Positions 8,327 through 16,833 of a stretch of DNA of 64,000 nt are shown here, piece after piece. Each line of letters starts with the position of its first letter. Positions within the stretch are counted from its first letter, which is position 1. The DNA is taken from contig CAWHMV010000019.1 in NCBI GenBank assembly GCA_963830325.1, positions 17,168 to 81,167 of the forward strand, in the 5' to 3' direction. Position numbers and translations under genes: made by a program. The notes under the pieces were generated by a model. It was given only the letters and a program-made list of their open reading frames with translations. It did not search any database and was not told the origin of the DNA. Source of the DNA: an uncultured Acidobacteriaceae bacterium. Lineage in GTDB: Bacteria > Acidobacteriota > Terriglobia > Terriglobales > Acidobacteriaceae.

Positions 8327-9346
8327 TTAGCGGGGAAGCGTGTAGTACTCATAGTGGTACTGCCACGTCAACTGGCTTCCGGGTTCCGCAGATATATCGA
8401 TAAACGGCTCAACCGCGATGACTGAGCGAATAGACCAGAGCGCCATCTTCGCCACCGGTCGATCCGCGGTGATCAACATCCCAGCCTTGACCGTCGAGTT
8501 CTCGATGCGAACTTTGTAGTCTTCTGGAGTGTTGCCAAAGCCCTCGATGGAGGTGTAAACGCGGTCCTGCCCTTGGAGAGTTTTGAGGTACACAACTTGA
8601 TTCTTGCGGATTTCCGCGAGTTCCTTTTCGACCGGTGGATTGCTTGCGATGGCGAATGGCAGGGTGATGGTGAAGCCTGCGTCGGTTGGCTGTTTATCCA
8701 ATACCAGGAAGTTATGATCGTAGACGCTGGTATGGATCGCGTGCGTGCCCACGTTCTTGAAACTATGCTCGATTAACAGCTGGGGCTTGCCGGCGACGAG
8801 GCTTATCTTCTTGTGGTAGATGTACCCATACCCTGAAGAGGCGTCGTGCAGCTCCTGGGTGAACTCTACGGCATCCTTGCTTTTCTTGACGCTCCACTTA
8901 CCGCCGTTCACAACTTCATAGAGCCGGTAAGCGGTGTAATGTGCGTCGTCTGGCTTGCGCAGTAGGCCGACGCCGATTTTGAGAAAGGTTCCGCCGGGCT
9001 TGGCCTCGTCGTATCCCAGCACGGTGAACTCCTCGACTGGGCCGGTGATTGCACTGCAAGGGCCGGCAACGATGTCTGCTCCCCGATAAACGAAGTCAGA
9101 GACCGTGGGGTCGGTTTGGGTAAACCACGGACCATAGTAGCTGTGGCCGGCATACTGCAGGTTCGCCACCACTCCCGACCAGTCGAACCTGGTGCCGCGG
9201 TAGAAACCAGTGGTCGCATCAGGCAGGTAAAGTTTTACCCGCATTACGGAATTTGCGATCTCCGCGTGGGGAGGGGCCGGGCTAGCTTCTGCCATTCCGG
9301 GCAATGCAGTGAGTAGCGACATGATGGTATAGGCGATTACTTTCAT
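8327..9346 (-). CDS. Secreted protein of unknown function
   Basis: The track ORF 8327..9457 is trimmed to ATG 9346 (MKVIAYTIMSLLTALPGMAEA signal peptide). The longer form would overlap the upstream ThuA gene. No family was recognised by eye. It lies 4 nt downstream of ThuA, so it is probably co-transcribed. Confidence 0.6.
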   Translation of the reverse strand: MKVIAYTIMSLLTALPGMAEASPAPPHAEIANSVMRVKLYLPDATTGFYRGTRFDWSGVVANLQYAGHSYYGPWFTQTDPTVSDFVYRGADIVAGPCSAITGPVEEFTVLGYDEAKPGGTFLKIGVGLLRKPDDAHYTAYRLYEVVNGGKWSVKKSKDAVEFTQELHDASSGYGYIYHKKISLVAGKPQLLIEHSFKNVGTHAIHTSVYDHNFLVLDKQPTDAGFTITLPFAIASNPPVEKELAEIRKNQVVYLKTLQGQDRVYTSIEGFGNTPEDYKVRIENSTVKAGMLITADRPVAKMALWSIRSVIAVEPFIDISAEPGSQLTWQYHYEYYTLPR

Positions 9347-9350
9347 AAGA

Positions 9351-10220
9351 TCAGTGATGGTCTGCAGGTGTGGGCAGGCTGGTGGACGGAGACAACGTGG
9401 GCGCGCCCGGCGCCACATCGCCGGTTGCGGCCCATTCCACGCTCCGGTCGAACGCATCCATAAAGCCGGGTTGACTCATGGCCAGAAGATCATGACCGAT
9501 GACCATCATGACCACTCTGCCCTGGCCATAAGGAACGGTCCAGATCACGGGCTCCACCTTGCCAGTCCCACCCTTTACGTTGGGATCATCGAAGGCAGTG
9601 GCCAGCACATGAACGTTGGGTTTCAGGTCTATCTTGTGATAGAGCTCGTCGTTGGCTACGAATGTCGGCGGTAATCCGCGACTGATGGGATGATCGCGAT
9701 CGACCCAGTCCACGGCAAACACGTGGCGCGTTGCGTGACCGATGTTGTCGAGCTTCCAGGTCATTCCGATCATGTCAGCGAACGCAGCCCAGGGTTCCCC
9801 TTCCAGGCGCCGAGGCTCGGTTGCGCTGCCTCCGGCCTGACCGAAAAAGGGTCCGTACGTGATCCCGTGGACTCCGACCATTCCTTTGCCTGAGCGAATA
9901 AAATCCTCGACCGCCTTCTCTGTCACCTCGGGCCATCGCGGCCCATAGTAGTAATCTACCAGCACGTCGTAGTTGGCCAGCGTAGCTGAGGTGATGCCGG
10001 CGACTTCTTCTTCAAGCTTCACGTCGAAACGCCCAGTGTTTGTCAGTATCCCCTGCATGAACGGGGCTGTCCCTTGCCAGGGGTGAGACCAATCCGAGCT
10101 GCCGGTAAGCACCAGCACGCGAATTTTGTGAGCGGGCGCTGCGGTGGGCGCTTGCGCTGAGGATGGCCGTGCAGCCATGGTGAAGAGAGCTAAACAGCAC
10201 ACGATCAGTAGCTTTTTCAT
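9351..10220 (-). CDS. ThuA domain-containing protein (secreted)
   Basis: ThuA-like pattern: KIRVLVLTGSSDWSHPW..., YDVLVDYYYGPRW, GKGMVGVHG, PVIWTVPYGQGRVVMMVIGHD. The start is trimmed to ATG 10220 (MKKLLIVCCLALFTMAARPSSAQA signal peptide). Confidence 0.8.
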   Translation of the reverse strand: MKKLLIVCCLALFTMAARPSSAQAPTAAPAHKIRVLVLTGSSDWSHPWQGTAPFMQGILTNTGRFDVKLEEEVAGITSATLANYDVLVDYYYGPRWPEVTEKAVEDFIRSGKGMVGVHGITYGPFFGQAGGSATEPRRLEGEPWAAFADMIGMTWKLDNIGHATRHVFAVDWVDRDHPISRGLPPTFVANDELYHKIDLKPNVHVLATAFDDPNVKGGTGKVEPVIWTVPYGQGRVVMMVIGHDLLAMSQPGFMDAFDRSVEWAATGDVAPGAPTLSPSTSLPTPADHH

Positions 10221-10230
10221 TCCGTACCTC

Positions 10231-11220
10231 TTAAGGATTGCCTGGGAAAGGGCGAGGTGTGATGTCGGCATCAGTCAGGCCCAGGGCCCACTTGATGGCT
10301 CCAATGTACATTTGCTGGATGCGCGCATCATCCAGCGTTGCTTCCAGATGGCCGAAGGTTGAGTACCATACGCGGCCCTTGCCGTACTTCTTGCACCACA
10401 CGATGGGGTAGTCTCCATCGGTGCGCAAGTCGGCAAGCTTCTTGAGATTGGCCTGAAACTGGTCTGCCGACGGGTGGCGATTCGGATTCGGCTCTGGCTG
10501 CAGTGCGGCAAACACTTCGGGAAATTTCTTCGGATTCATCCGCATGATCACGTGATCTACGTCGCGTGAATAATTTGGACCCACGATAGTGTATTGATCG
10601 CGAAACGTGAATTCCTTCGGGAAACCCTGCACTCCAGGGAAATTGGGATCTTCGACCACGATGTGCATATCCGCGGAAGGGAACTCGCCGACCAGGTTTC
10701 CCCCGATCATCTCGGCGTATTCGGGCCATAGAAGAAGGTGTCCTCCATTGCCCGCGTGCCCAGCGATGAAACCTTTCCCGTCTTCGTGCACGAACGACAG
10801 CAGGTCGGCTTTCTGCTGATCGGTGATGTTCCAGGGGCCCTCGCCCATATAGAAAACGGCGTCGAAATTGTTCAGGTTTCTTACGTTGTAGCCGGCGATC
10901 GGTTGCTTGGTGAGGAGATGCATGTCGGTGCGGATCACGGTGATCCAGGCGCCGGACTCACGCCCCAGCCGCTCTACGGTGGCCAATGTGTGCGAGGCCG
11001 AGTCGTGATGATAGCCGGGGGAGGCGTACCATTCCTGCGGATCGGCGATGGCCAGAATTCTCTTCTTGCCTGGCCAGGGATCGTCGGGCGGCCGGGCCGG
11101 CGCCGTGTCCTGTGCCAGCAACTGTGGAGCAGGGCGGTTGGCCTGCGCGGCGTAGAGCGCCGGGGCAGAAAGTGCCCCCGAGGCTGCTGCCAATCCCTTC
11201 AGAAACTTACGTCGCTCCAT
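10231..11220 (-). CDS. ThuA domain-containing protein with twin-arginine signal
   Basis: 329 aa. Tat motif MERRKFLKGLAAASGALSAPALYA. ThuA-like core (KRILAIADPQ..., GKGFIAGHAG, VWCKKYGKGRVWYSTFGH). Confidence 0.8.
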   Translation of the reverse strand: MERRKFLKGLAAASGALSAPALYAAQANRPAPQLLAQDTAPARPPDDPWPGKKRILAIADPQEWYASPGYHHDSASHTLATVERLGRESGAWITVIRTDMHLLTKQPIAGYNVRNLNNFDAVFYMGEGPWNITDQQKADLLSFVHEDGKGFIAGHAGNGGHLLLWPEYAEMIGGNLVGEFPSADMHIVVEDPNFPGVQGFPKEFTFRDQYTIVGPNYSRDVDHVIMRMNPKKFPEVFAALQPEPNPNRHPSADQFQANLKKLADLRTDGDYPIVWCKKYGKGRVWYSTFGHLEATLDDARIQQMYIGAIKWALGLTDADITPRPFPGNP

Positions 11221-11275
11221 ACTCCTCCTGAAAGCCGTGCCGTAAATATCAACGTGTGTAAAACGGCTTTGGCCG

Positions 11276-11336
11276 CTGAGGTACGCTTTTCACGACATGT
11301 AGGTCGATCATGAAGCATAGGAAAAACGTACCTCAG
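11276..11336. repeat. Short inverted repeat (CTGAGGTACGCTTTT family)
   Basis: 11276-11290 ctgaggtacgctttt pairs with 11322-11336 aaaaacgtacctcag (1 mismatch). Related cctgaggtacgc blocks occur at 35009-35057 and 52385-52400. Confidence 0.7.
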
Positions 11337-11346
11337 GGGCCAAAGA

Positions 11347-11541
11347 GCGTGTGTGAGAACCAGGACTTACGAACTCAGTCCCGCAGGGACGGCTGAAGGT
11401 TGTTCAGGATTCGTCGTGGCCTATCTCCAGCCGTCCCTGCGGGACTGGATCGTCCTTTCAATTCACCCCAGGACTCGCGTCCTGGGCTAAGTTCAGCCGT
11501 CCCTGCGGGACTGAGTTTGGAAATGGAGTTCTCACACACGC
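11347..11541. repeat. MITE-like fold-back element, copy A (GTCCC-NNN-GGGAC / CCCAGGAC-N4-GTCCTGGG modules)
   Basis: Terminal inverted repeats gcgtgtgtgagaac (11347-11360) and gttctcacacacgc (11528-11541). The interior carries agtcccgcagggacggctgaa and its inverted copies, plus ccccaggactcgcgtcctgggctaagttcagccgtccctgcgggact. Confidence 0.85.
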
Positions 11542-11571
11542 TCTAAAGCCCTCATCCACCCGGCTCTGTTT

Positions 11572-11621
11572 GGCACGGCTGAAGCCGTGCCCTTCGTCTA
11601 GAGCCGTGTCCTTCGTCTAGA
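11572..11621. repeat. GGCACGGC-tgaa-GCCGTGCC hairpin plus 19-bp tandem duplication
   Basis: 11572-11591 is a perfect 8-bp-stem hairpin. 11584-11602 and 11603-11621 (gccgtgcccttcgtctaga / gccgtgtccttcgtctaga) form a direct tandem. A related hairpin lies at 51976-52002. Confidence 0.8.
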
Positions 11622-11644
11622 GACTTCTTGAGTAGCTTGTCCCC

Positions 11645-13261
11645 CTAATGACCTTTTGCGATCTTCTTATTCTCAGACTCGGGCACTGCAAATGCGAACC
11701 ACTGATCGTTGGCGGCGACGAGGAGATACTGCCGTCCATCCAGTTCATAGGTCATGGGCGCATTGGTTACAAATTGTCCCAGGTTGACGTGCCAAAGAGT
11801 TTTGCCTGTGCCCGGATCCATGGCCAGGAAATTTCCGAACGAATCTCCTCCAAACAACAGGTCGCCGGCCGTCGACAATAAGCCGGAAATCAAGACTCCG
11901 CTTTTATCGCCTAACTCGTGGCTCCAGACTACCTTCCCGGTTTTGTAGTCAATGGCCATGGTCACGTAATCCGGGGGAGAACGAAAGCGGCCATAACCCG
12001 AGGTTGTGAAATAAGCCCAGGTGTGGGCCGCATTGACAAAGATGAGGCCCCGCTTTGGATCGTAAGAGGGTGACCACCAATTCGTTGCCCCAATAGGATA
12101 CGGAGAGACCAGCGCTCCCGGAGGGTTAGCGTCCTTGGTGTAGTCGGGGATAGGCCGGCCTTGCGGGTCGATACCTTTCGCCCAGTTGGTCTCGGGCATG
12201 TATTTGGTTGTCAGTAAGTGCTCCCCGGTCGTCCGATCGAGAAGAAAGAAATAACCATTGCGGGAAACCTGCGCCAATAGCTTGCGCCGCTTGCCCTTGA
12301 ACTCTCCATCGAAAATGATGGGGGTTTGGCCAGCATCGTAGTCGTGGGTATCGTGTGGAGTTATCTGGTAGGCCCAAACCAGCTTTCCTGTATCCGGGTT
12401 CAGGGCAACGACCGAAGCCGTGTACAGGCTGTCTCCTTCAGGTGTTGGGTGCGGCGCGCGGTCCATGGGAACCCCGTTGCCGGTTCCCAGATAGTAGAGA
12501 TTCAGTTCGGGGTCATAAGTACCAGTCAACCAGGGAAAGCCGCCACCTTTCGCCATGGTAGCGTCATCGACCCAGGTTTCTGAGCCGGGGGCACCCGGAT
12601 CGGGGTCCACCCACCATTTCCATTGCAGCTTGCCGGTCTCAGGATCGCGGGACTCCAGCCACGCGCGAATGTTGTCGTTGTTGCCCGGACCGACGATGAC
12701 GTGATTGCCAATGATCAGCGGAGAGGTGGCGGAAAAGAAGTCCTGCTTTACGTCTGCGACCTGGACTCGCCAGCGCTCGGTGCCGTCCTTGGCATTCAAG
12801 GAGACCAGGTAATTGTCCGGCGACATAAAGTACAGCCAGCTGCCATACATGCCCACGCCCCGGTTGGCCACGTGGATGGCCCGGTTGTTGGGCCATGTAT
12901 AGTGCCAGAGCTCGCGGCCGGTGAGCGCATCCATGGCCCAGACATTGTCGGTGATGGTGAAATACAGCACCCCATCTACCAGCAGCGGCGTGGCCTTGAT
13001 CCTTCGCCCTTCGCTAGCCTGTTGTGCATAGGACTCGCTGCCAAAATCCACATGGTGCGTCCACACCAGGCCAAGCGAAGCTACGTTGGAAGCGTTGATT
13101 TGGGAGAGTGTGCTGTACCGCCGTCCGGAGTAATCACCATTATAGGTAGGCCAGGTATCTGTCGGCGGCCGGTGGAATGCTTCCGGATCCAGTGTCTGCG
13201 CATAGAGACAGACGGGCAGCAACAATAGGGAAGCCAAACACAAGATCGGCCTGTACTTCAT
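11645..13261 (-). CDS. PQQ-type quinoprotein dehydrogenase (beta-propeller), secreted
   Basis: 538 aa with a signal peptide (MKYRPILCLASLLLLPVCLYAQ). Repeated W-containing propeller motifs (RELWHY, TERWRVQ, GKLQWKW, GKLVWAY, GKVVWSH, GKTLWHV). A catalytic-Asp-type segment PHDTHDYDAGQTP is present. ATGA start/stop overlap with the upstream cytochrome c gene. Confidence 0.8.
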   Translation of the reverse strand: MKYRPILCLASLLLLPVCLYAQTLDPEAFHRPPTDTWPTYNGDYSGRRYSTLSQINASNVASLGLVWTHHVDFGSESYAQQASEGRRIKATPLLVDGVLYFTITDNVWAMDALTGRELWHYTWPNNRAIHVANRGVGMYGSWLYFMSPDNYLVSLNAKDGTERWRVQVADVKQDFFSATSPLIIGNHVIVGPGNNDNIRAWLESRDPETGKLQWKWWVDPDPGAPGSETWVDDATMAKGGGFPWLTGTYDPELNLYYLGTGNGVPMDRAPHPTPEGDSLYTASVVALNPDTGKLVWAYQITPHDTHDYDAGQTPIIFDGEFKGKRRKLLAQVSRNGYFFLLDRTTGEHLLTTKYMPETNWAKGIDPQGRPIPDYTKDANPPGALVSPYPIGATNWWSPSYDPKRGLIFVNAAHTWAYFTTSGYGRFRSPPDYVTMAIDYKTGKVVWSHELGDKSGVLISGLLSTAGDLLFGGDSFGNFLAMDPGTGKTLWHVNLGQFVTNAPMTYELDGRQYLLVAANDQWFAFAVPESENKKIAKGH

Positions 13262-14055
13262 TTGAGTGTCACCAGGTAAGCCAGGAGGTCGTGAATGTCT
13301 TTATCGGTATACACGGGTAGCATTGCTTTGTGTGCGGCGAGCGGGTCGACTACCTCAACTGATTTTGTCCGGTCACGGGGCCAGGTGTGATAAACGCCCG
13401 CCGAATCCACGAGAGAGACTGTGAACTCGTCAAGATACTCGAGCTTGCCCTTAACGGATTGGCCTGAGGGCAGGACGACGGTTACCTCGGAGGGCTTTGC
13501 CGGCGGTGTCAGAAAGGATGTCGTCAGCGCGAGCGGCTGCTCTTTTGATCCAATATGCGCCAGGTCACCGGTGGCCGAATGACAGGTGCTGCATTTTCCC
13601 GCACCATTAAAATACGCGAGCCCGGCTTTTGGATCACCGACCAGCAACGCGGTTTCTGGAAGCCTGGTGCCGCGAACTTGCTGGATACGCGTGTGCAGGA
13701 ACGCCGAGATGTCCTGCACCTGCTGTGGTTCGAGAGTAGGAAATGCAGGCATGCCGAGCGTGGGCCGGCCCTGCTTGAGAAAAGGCCCGAGAGTATCCCC
13801 GCCGTGGTCCTGAAACACCAGCGGGCTGCGCAGCAGATTTGGCGCCTGTTCGGTTCCCGTGGCTTGCGATCCGTGACAGAACGAACAGCTGGAAGAGAAA
13901 ATGCCCTGGCCTCGGTCAGCAGCGGCCTTATCAAGAGGGGGTGCCGGAGTGGCTGCCGGGGCTTGAGCGCTTGCAGGTTCTACGAGTGCCGCCGTCATGA
14001 AAATTCCAAGACACGCAAAGAGTAGCGCGGTAATGAGCTTCGATCGCTTCTTCAT
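13258..14055 (-). CDS. c-type cytochrome (two CxxCH motifs), secreted
   Basis: 265 aa with a signal peptide (MKKRSKLITALLFACLGIFMTAALVEPASAQA). Haem-binding motifs CSFCHG and CSTCHS. Confidence 0.85.
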   Translation of the reverse strand: MKKRSKLITALLFACLGIFMTAALVEPASAQAPAATPAPPLDKAAADRGQGIFSSSCSFCHGSQATGTEQAPNLLRSPLVFQDHGGDTLGPFLKQGRPTLGMPAFPTLEPQQVQDISAFLHTRIQQVRGTRLPETALLVGDPKAGLAYFNGAGKCSTCHSATGDLAHIGSKEQPLALTTSFLTPPAKPSEVTVVLPSGQSVKGKLEYLDEFTVSLVDSAGVYHTWPRDRTKSVEVVDPLAAHKAMLPVYTDKDIHDLLAYLVTLK

Positions 14056-14182
14056 GGACCAACCTCGGGCAACTTATCCGGTTTAACTCCGGCTGACTTA
14101 TCAGAGCTGCGGGCGACCGAGATAGCACTCTCCCTCTTGATAGTTTGCCGACGGTAAGTAAGATAGCGTCAAGCTCACCGAG

Positions 14183-14199
14183 GGTTCCCTTATGAACTA
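14183..14199. promoter_or_regulatory. Left arm of a 17-bp perfect inverted repeat flanking divergent promoters
   Basis: ggttcccttatgaacta is the exact reverse complement of 14341-14357. It lies about +19 to +35 relative to the inferred minus-strand TSS. Confidence 0.55.
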
Positions 14200-14224
14200 A
14201 TTCCACAGGTAAGCTGAAACGGAC

Positions 14225-14252
14225 ACTATACCCGGCGTTTACGGGCTGTCAA
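14225..14252 (-). promoter_or_regulatory. Sigma-70-type promoter of the cytochrome c / quinoprotein operon
   Basis: Minus strand: TTGACA (14252-14247), 16-nt spacer, TATAGT (14230-14225). Confidence 0.6.
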
Positions 14253-14281
14253 GAGTTGGGCCCGTTCACGGCAAAAGCGCT

Positions 14282-14309
14282 TTGACAGACGGCCGAAGCT
14301 CAGTATACT
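14282..14309 (+). promoter_or_regulatory. Sigma-70-type promoter of the DMT / aldo-keto reductase operon
   Basis: TTGACA (14282-14287), 16-nt spacer, TATACT (14304-14309). Confidence 0.6.
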
Positions 14310-14340
14310 GTCGTGTCGCGAGCAGCCTGAAGCGAGGCAA

Positions 14341-14357
14341 TAGTTCATAAGGGAACC
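14341..14357. promoter_or_regulatory. Right arm of the 17-bp perfect inverted repeat
   Basis: tagttcataagggaacc, about +25 to +41 relative to the inferred plus-strand TSS and ~60 nt upstream of ATG 14419. Confidence 0.55.
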
Positions 14358-14418
14358 AATCGAGCGGAGTGATAATTTTTATCTTGCGCGCTAAGTTTCC
14401 TGGAGCTGGAGACAGAAC

Positions 14419-14871
14419 ATGAAGGTCCCTTTTTACTTCTTCACCATTTTCCTTGGAATCATCCTTGCGGTTCACCTTTCGATGAACGGCAAGGTAGGCA
14501 GCGCGCTGGCTAACCCACGCGTAGGCAATGCAATCTTCTGGTGCATCGGTGCGCTGACCGCTGTTCTCATCGGCCTTACGGGCTGGCGCGCGGGTGTCTT
14601 GAGCGGTTTGAAAGACGTTCATCCACTGTTGCTGACTGCCGGCGCTTTGGGTGCCTGCCTGGTATTCGCGATTGCCTGGTTGCTACCCCAGGTAGGGGCT
14701 CGAGCCATGTTCATTACGCTGATTGCGGGGCAAGTGCTCGGCGGCATGATTCTGTCTCACTTTGGGTGGCTCGGTTCACCCGTGCAACGCATCTCGCTGA
14801 CCAATATATTGGGAGCCGCGGTCATGATATGCGGGGTGGTTCTCGCGACTTATGTCAGGGCGGATGCCTAG
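14419..14871 (+). CDS. DMT-superfamily small membrane protein (DUF606 / YdcZ-like)
   Basis: 150 aa with five predicted hydrophobic helices. The DUF606-like pattern includes ...AGQVLGGMILSHFGWLGSP.... Confidence 0.7.
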   Translation: MKVPFYFFTIFLGIILAVHLSMNGKVGSALANPRVGNAIFWCIGALTAVLIGLTGWRAGVLSGLKDVHPLLLTAGALGACLVFAIAWLLPQVGARAMFITLIAGQVLGGMILSHFGWLGSPVQRISLTNILGAAVMICGVVLATYVRADA

Positions 14872-14873
14872 TC

Positions 14874-15848
14874 GTGAAAAAGGTAAAACTGGGGAAGTCC
14901 CATCTTGAAGTGAGTGCGCTTGCCATGGGCAGCGACTTGATCGGAAGCAAGATCGATCGCGACACGGCGTTCAAGCTGTTCGATTTCTACAGCGAGAATG
15001 GCGGGACTTTCATTGACACGGCAAACATGTATGCGTGCTGGCTCCCCAGCTGTGTGGGTGGTGAAAGCGAGACAACTATTGGCGCCTGGATGAAGGAACG
15101 CCGCAACCGCGACAAGATGGTCATTTCCTCCAAGCTGGCCTTCGACTATCCGGGATGCGAGGGTGGGCTCAGCGGGGCTGAGATTCAGCGCGAATGCGAG
15201 AAAAGTCTGAAGCGACTGGGGACTGACAGGATCGACTTGTACTATGCCCATCGCGACGATCGCGCGATCCCGCTGGAAGAAACCATGAAGGCGTTTGACG
15301 GCCTGGTGAAAGCCGGCAAAGTGCGTGCCATTGGCGCCAGCAATCTTGCCCCGTGGCGCATCGCAGAAGCGAATCTCGTCAGCCGGACGAATCATTGGAC
15401 GGAGTATTCCATAGTGGAGCAGAGATATACCTATCTGCGTCCCCGTCACGGGGCGGATTTTGGGCCGCAGATATTCATTAGTGAAGAGTTGAAGGATTAT
15501 GCGCGGGTGCATGGGACAGCCTTGATCGGCTATTCGATTTTGCTGCAAGGGGCCTACACCCGCTCCGATCGCGAAGTGCCGACACAATTTGCCGGTCCGG
15601 ACTCCGATGAGCGATTGGCCGCGCTACGGGCAGTGGCCGGCGAGGCCGGATGCAGCCCGTCGCAGGCGATCATTGCCTGGATGCGGCAGAGTGAACCGGC
15701 GATCCTGCCCATCATCGCGGGGAGCAAGACGGAGCAGTTGCGGGAGAATATCGCGGCCTTGGATATCACGCTCAGCAGCGACCAGATGCAGCGCCTGGAC
15801 ATGGCGGGCAATTCCCAGGTCAAGCAGGGATGGATTCAACCGACCTGA
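14874..15848 (+). CDS. Aldo/keto reductase
   Basis: The AKR N-terminus (V)KKVKLGKSHLEVSALAMGS starts at GTG 14874, 2 nt after the DMT stop. Other AKR marks are DTANMY, ...SSKLA..., IDLYYAHRDD and GASNL. The 5' part of track ORF 14541..15848 overlaps the DMT gene in another frame and is not coding. Confidence 0.85.
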   Translation: MKKVKLGKSHLEVSALAMGSDLIGSKIDRDTAFKLFDFYSENGGTFIDTANMYACWLPSCVGGESETTIGAWMKERRNRDKMVISSKLAFDYPGCEGGLSGAEIQRECEKSLKRLGTDRIDLYYAHRDDRAIPLEETMKAFDGLVKAGKVRAIGASNLAPWRIAEANLVSRTNHWTEYSIVEQRYTYLRPRHGADFGPQIFISEELKDYARVHGTALIGYSILLQGAYTRSDREVPTQFAGPDSDERLAALRAVAGEAGCSPSQAIIAWMRQSEPAILPIIAGSKTEQLRENIAALDITLSSDQMQRLDMAGNSQVKQGWIQPT

Positions 15849-15849
15849 G

Positions 15850-15867
15850 CGGGGAGTCTGCTCCCCG
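15850..15867 (+). terminator. Stem-loop just after the AKR stop
   Basis: cggggag-tctg-ctccccg (7-bp stem) followed by only ttc. This is a weak terminator signature. Confidence 0.3.
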
Positions 15868-15983
15868 TTCACCGGATCGAAATTCCACTGCGGCCGGCTA
15901 CGTTTGCTAATCATTCGGACCGGCCGGGGAAACAACATGACACAATAGAGGAAGCATGGTTTAGGTGCGGGAGGTGCCGCGCT

Positions 15984-16817
15984 ATGAATACCTTAAAGAC
16001 TGCTTTTCTGCTGACTGCTCTCACCCTCTTCCTCATGTTGATCGGCGCTTATTTCGGCGGCCGCAATGGCATGATCCTGGCTTTCTTTATCGCCGCCGGG
16101 ATGAACTTCTTCAGCTACTTCCATTCCGACAAGCTGGCGTTGTCGATGTATCGCGCCCAGCCGGTCACCCGCGAACAACTGCCGCGCGTCTACCAGATAG
16201 TGGAGCGCATTTTGCCTCGCATGGCTCTGCCCATGCCGAGAATCTATGTCATTCCCACGGAGTCGGCCAACGCGTTTGCCACCGGGCGCAATCCCAGGCA
16301 TGCCGCAGTTGCCGTCACCCAGGGCATTCTCAATCTCCTGAACGATGAGGAGCTCGAAGGTGTGCTGGCTCACGAGCTTGGGCATGTTAGGAATCGTGAC
16401 ATCCTGACCAGTTCCATCGCCGCCACGCTTGCCGGGGCCATCACGCTGTTGGCGCATTTTGGGGGCATGTTCGGCGGCGGCCGCGATGATCGCCGAGGAA
16501 TTGGCGGTGGTGGGATTCTGATGATGATCCTCGCTCCCCTCGCGGCGACCCTCATCCAGCTGGCGGTTTCCCGTTCGCGGGAATACGAGGCTGATGCTAC
16601 CGGAGCGCACGTCACGGGAAATCCCTACGCCTTGGCGAGCGCCTTGCAAAAGCTCGACGCCTATTCCCGGCGCTTGCCCATGCCGGCTTCACCGTCGACT
16701 GCCCATCTGTTTATCGTTGCGCCCCTGTTGAGCGGGGCCAGCCTGGCCAATCTGTTTTCTACCCATCCGCCAATGGCGAGCCGGATTGAGCGGCTCACCG
16801 GCCGGGCCCCCGTGTAG
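15984..16817 (+). CDS. htpX: Zinc metalloprotease HtpX (peptidase M48)
   Basis: 277 aa with N-terminal TM helices, the HELGH motif ([12 protein letters not shown]), and the downstream REYEAD glutamate. Confidence 0.9.
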   Translation: MNTLKTAFLLTALTLFLMLIGAYFGGRNGMILAFFIAAGMNFFSYFHSDKLALSMYRAQPVTREQLPRVYQIVERILPRMALPMPRIYVIPTESANAFATGRNPRHAAVAVTQGILNLLNDEELEGVLAHELGHVRNRDILTSSIAATLAGAITLLAHFGGMFGGGRDDRRGIGGGGILMMILAPLAATLIQLAVSRSREYEADATGAHVTGNPYALASALQKLDAYSRRLPMPASPSTAHLFIVAPLLSGASLANLFSTHPPMASRIERLTGRAPV

Positions 16818-16833
16818 CATCGATACGCCACTT

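Noticed and set aside
14541-14873. N-terminal 111-codon extension of the aldo/keto reductase ORF
   Set aside because: It overlaps the DMT gene in another frame and has an Arg/Cys-rich nonsense-like sequence. The canonical AKR N-terminus begins at GTG 14874.
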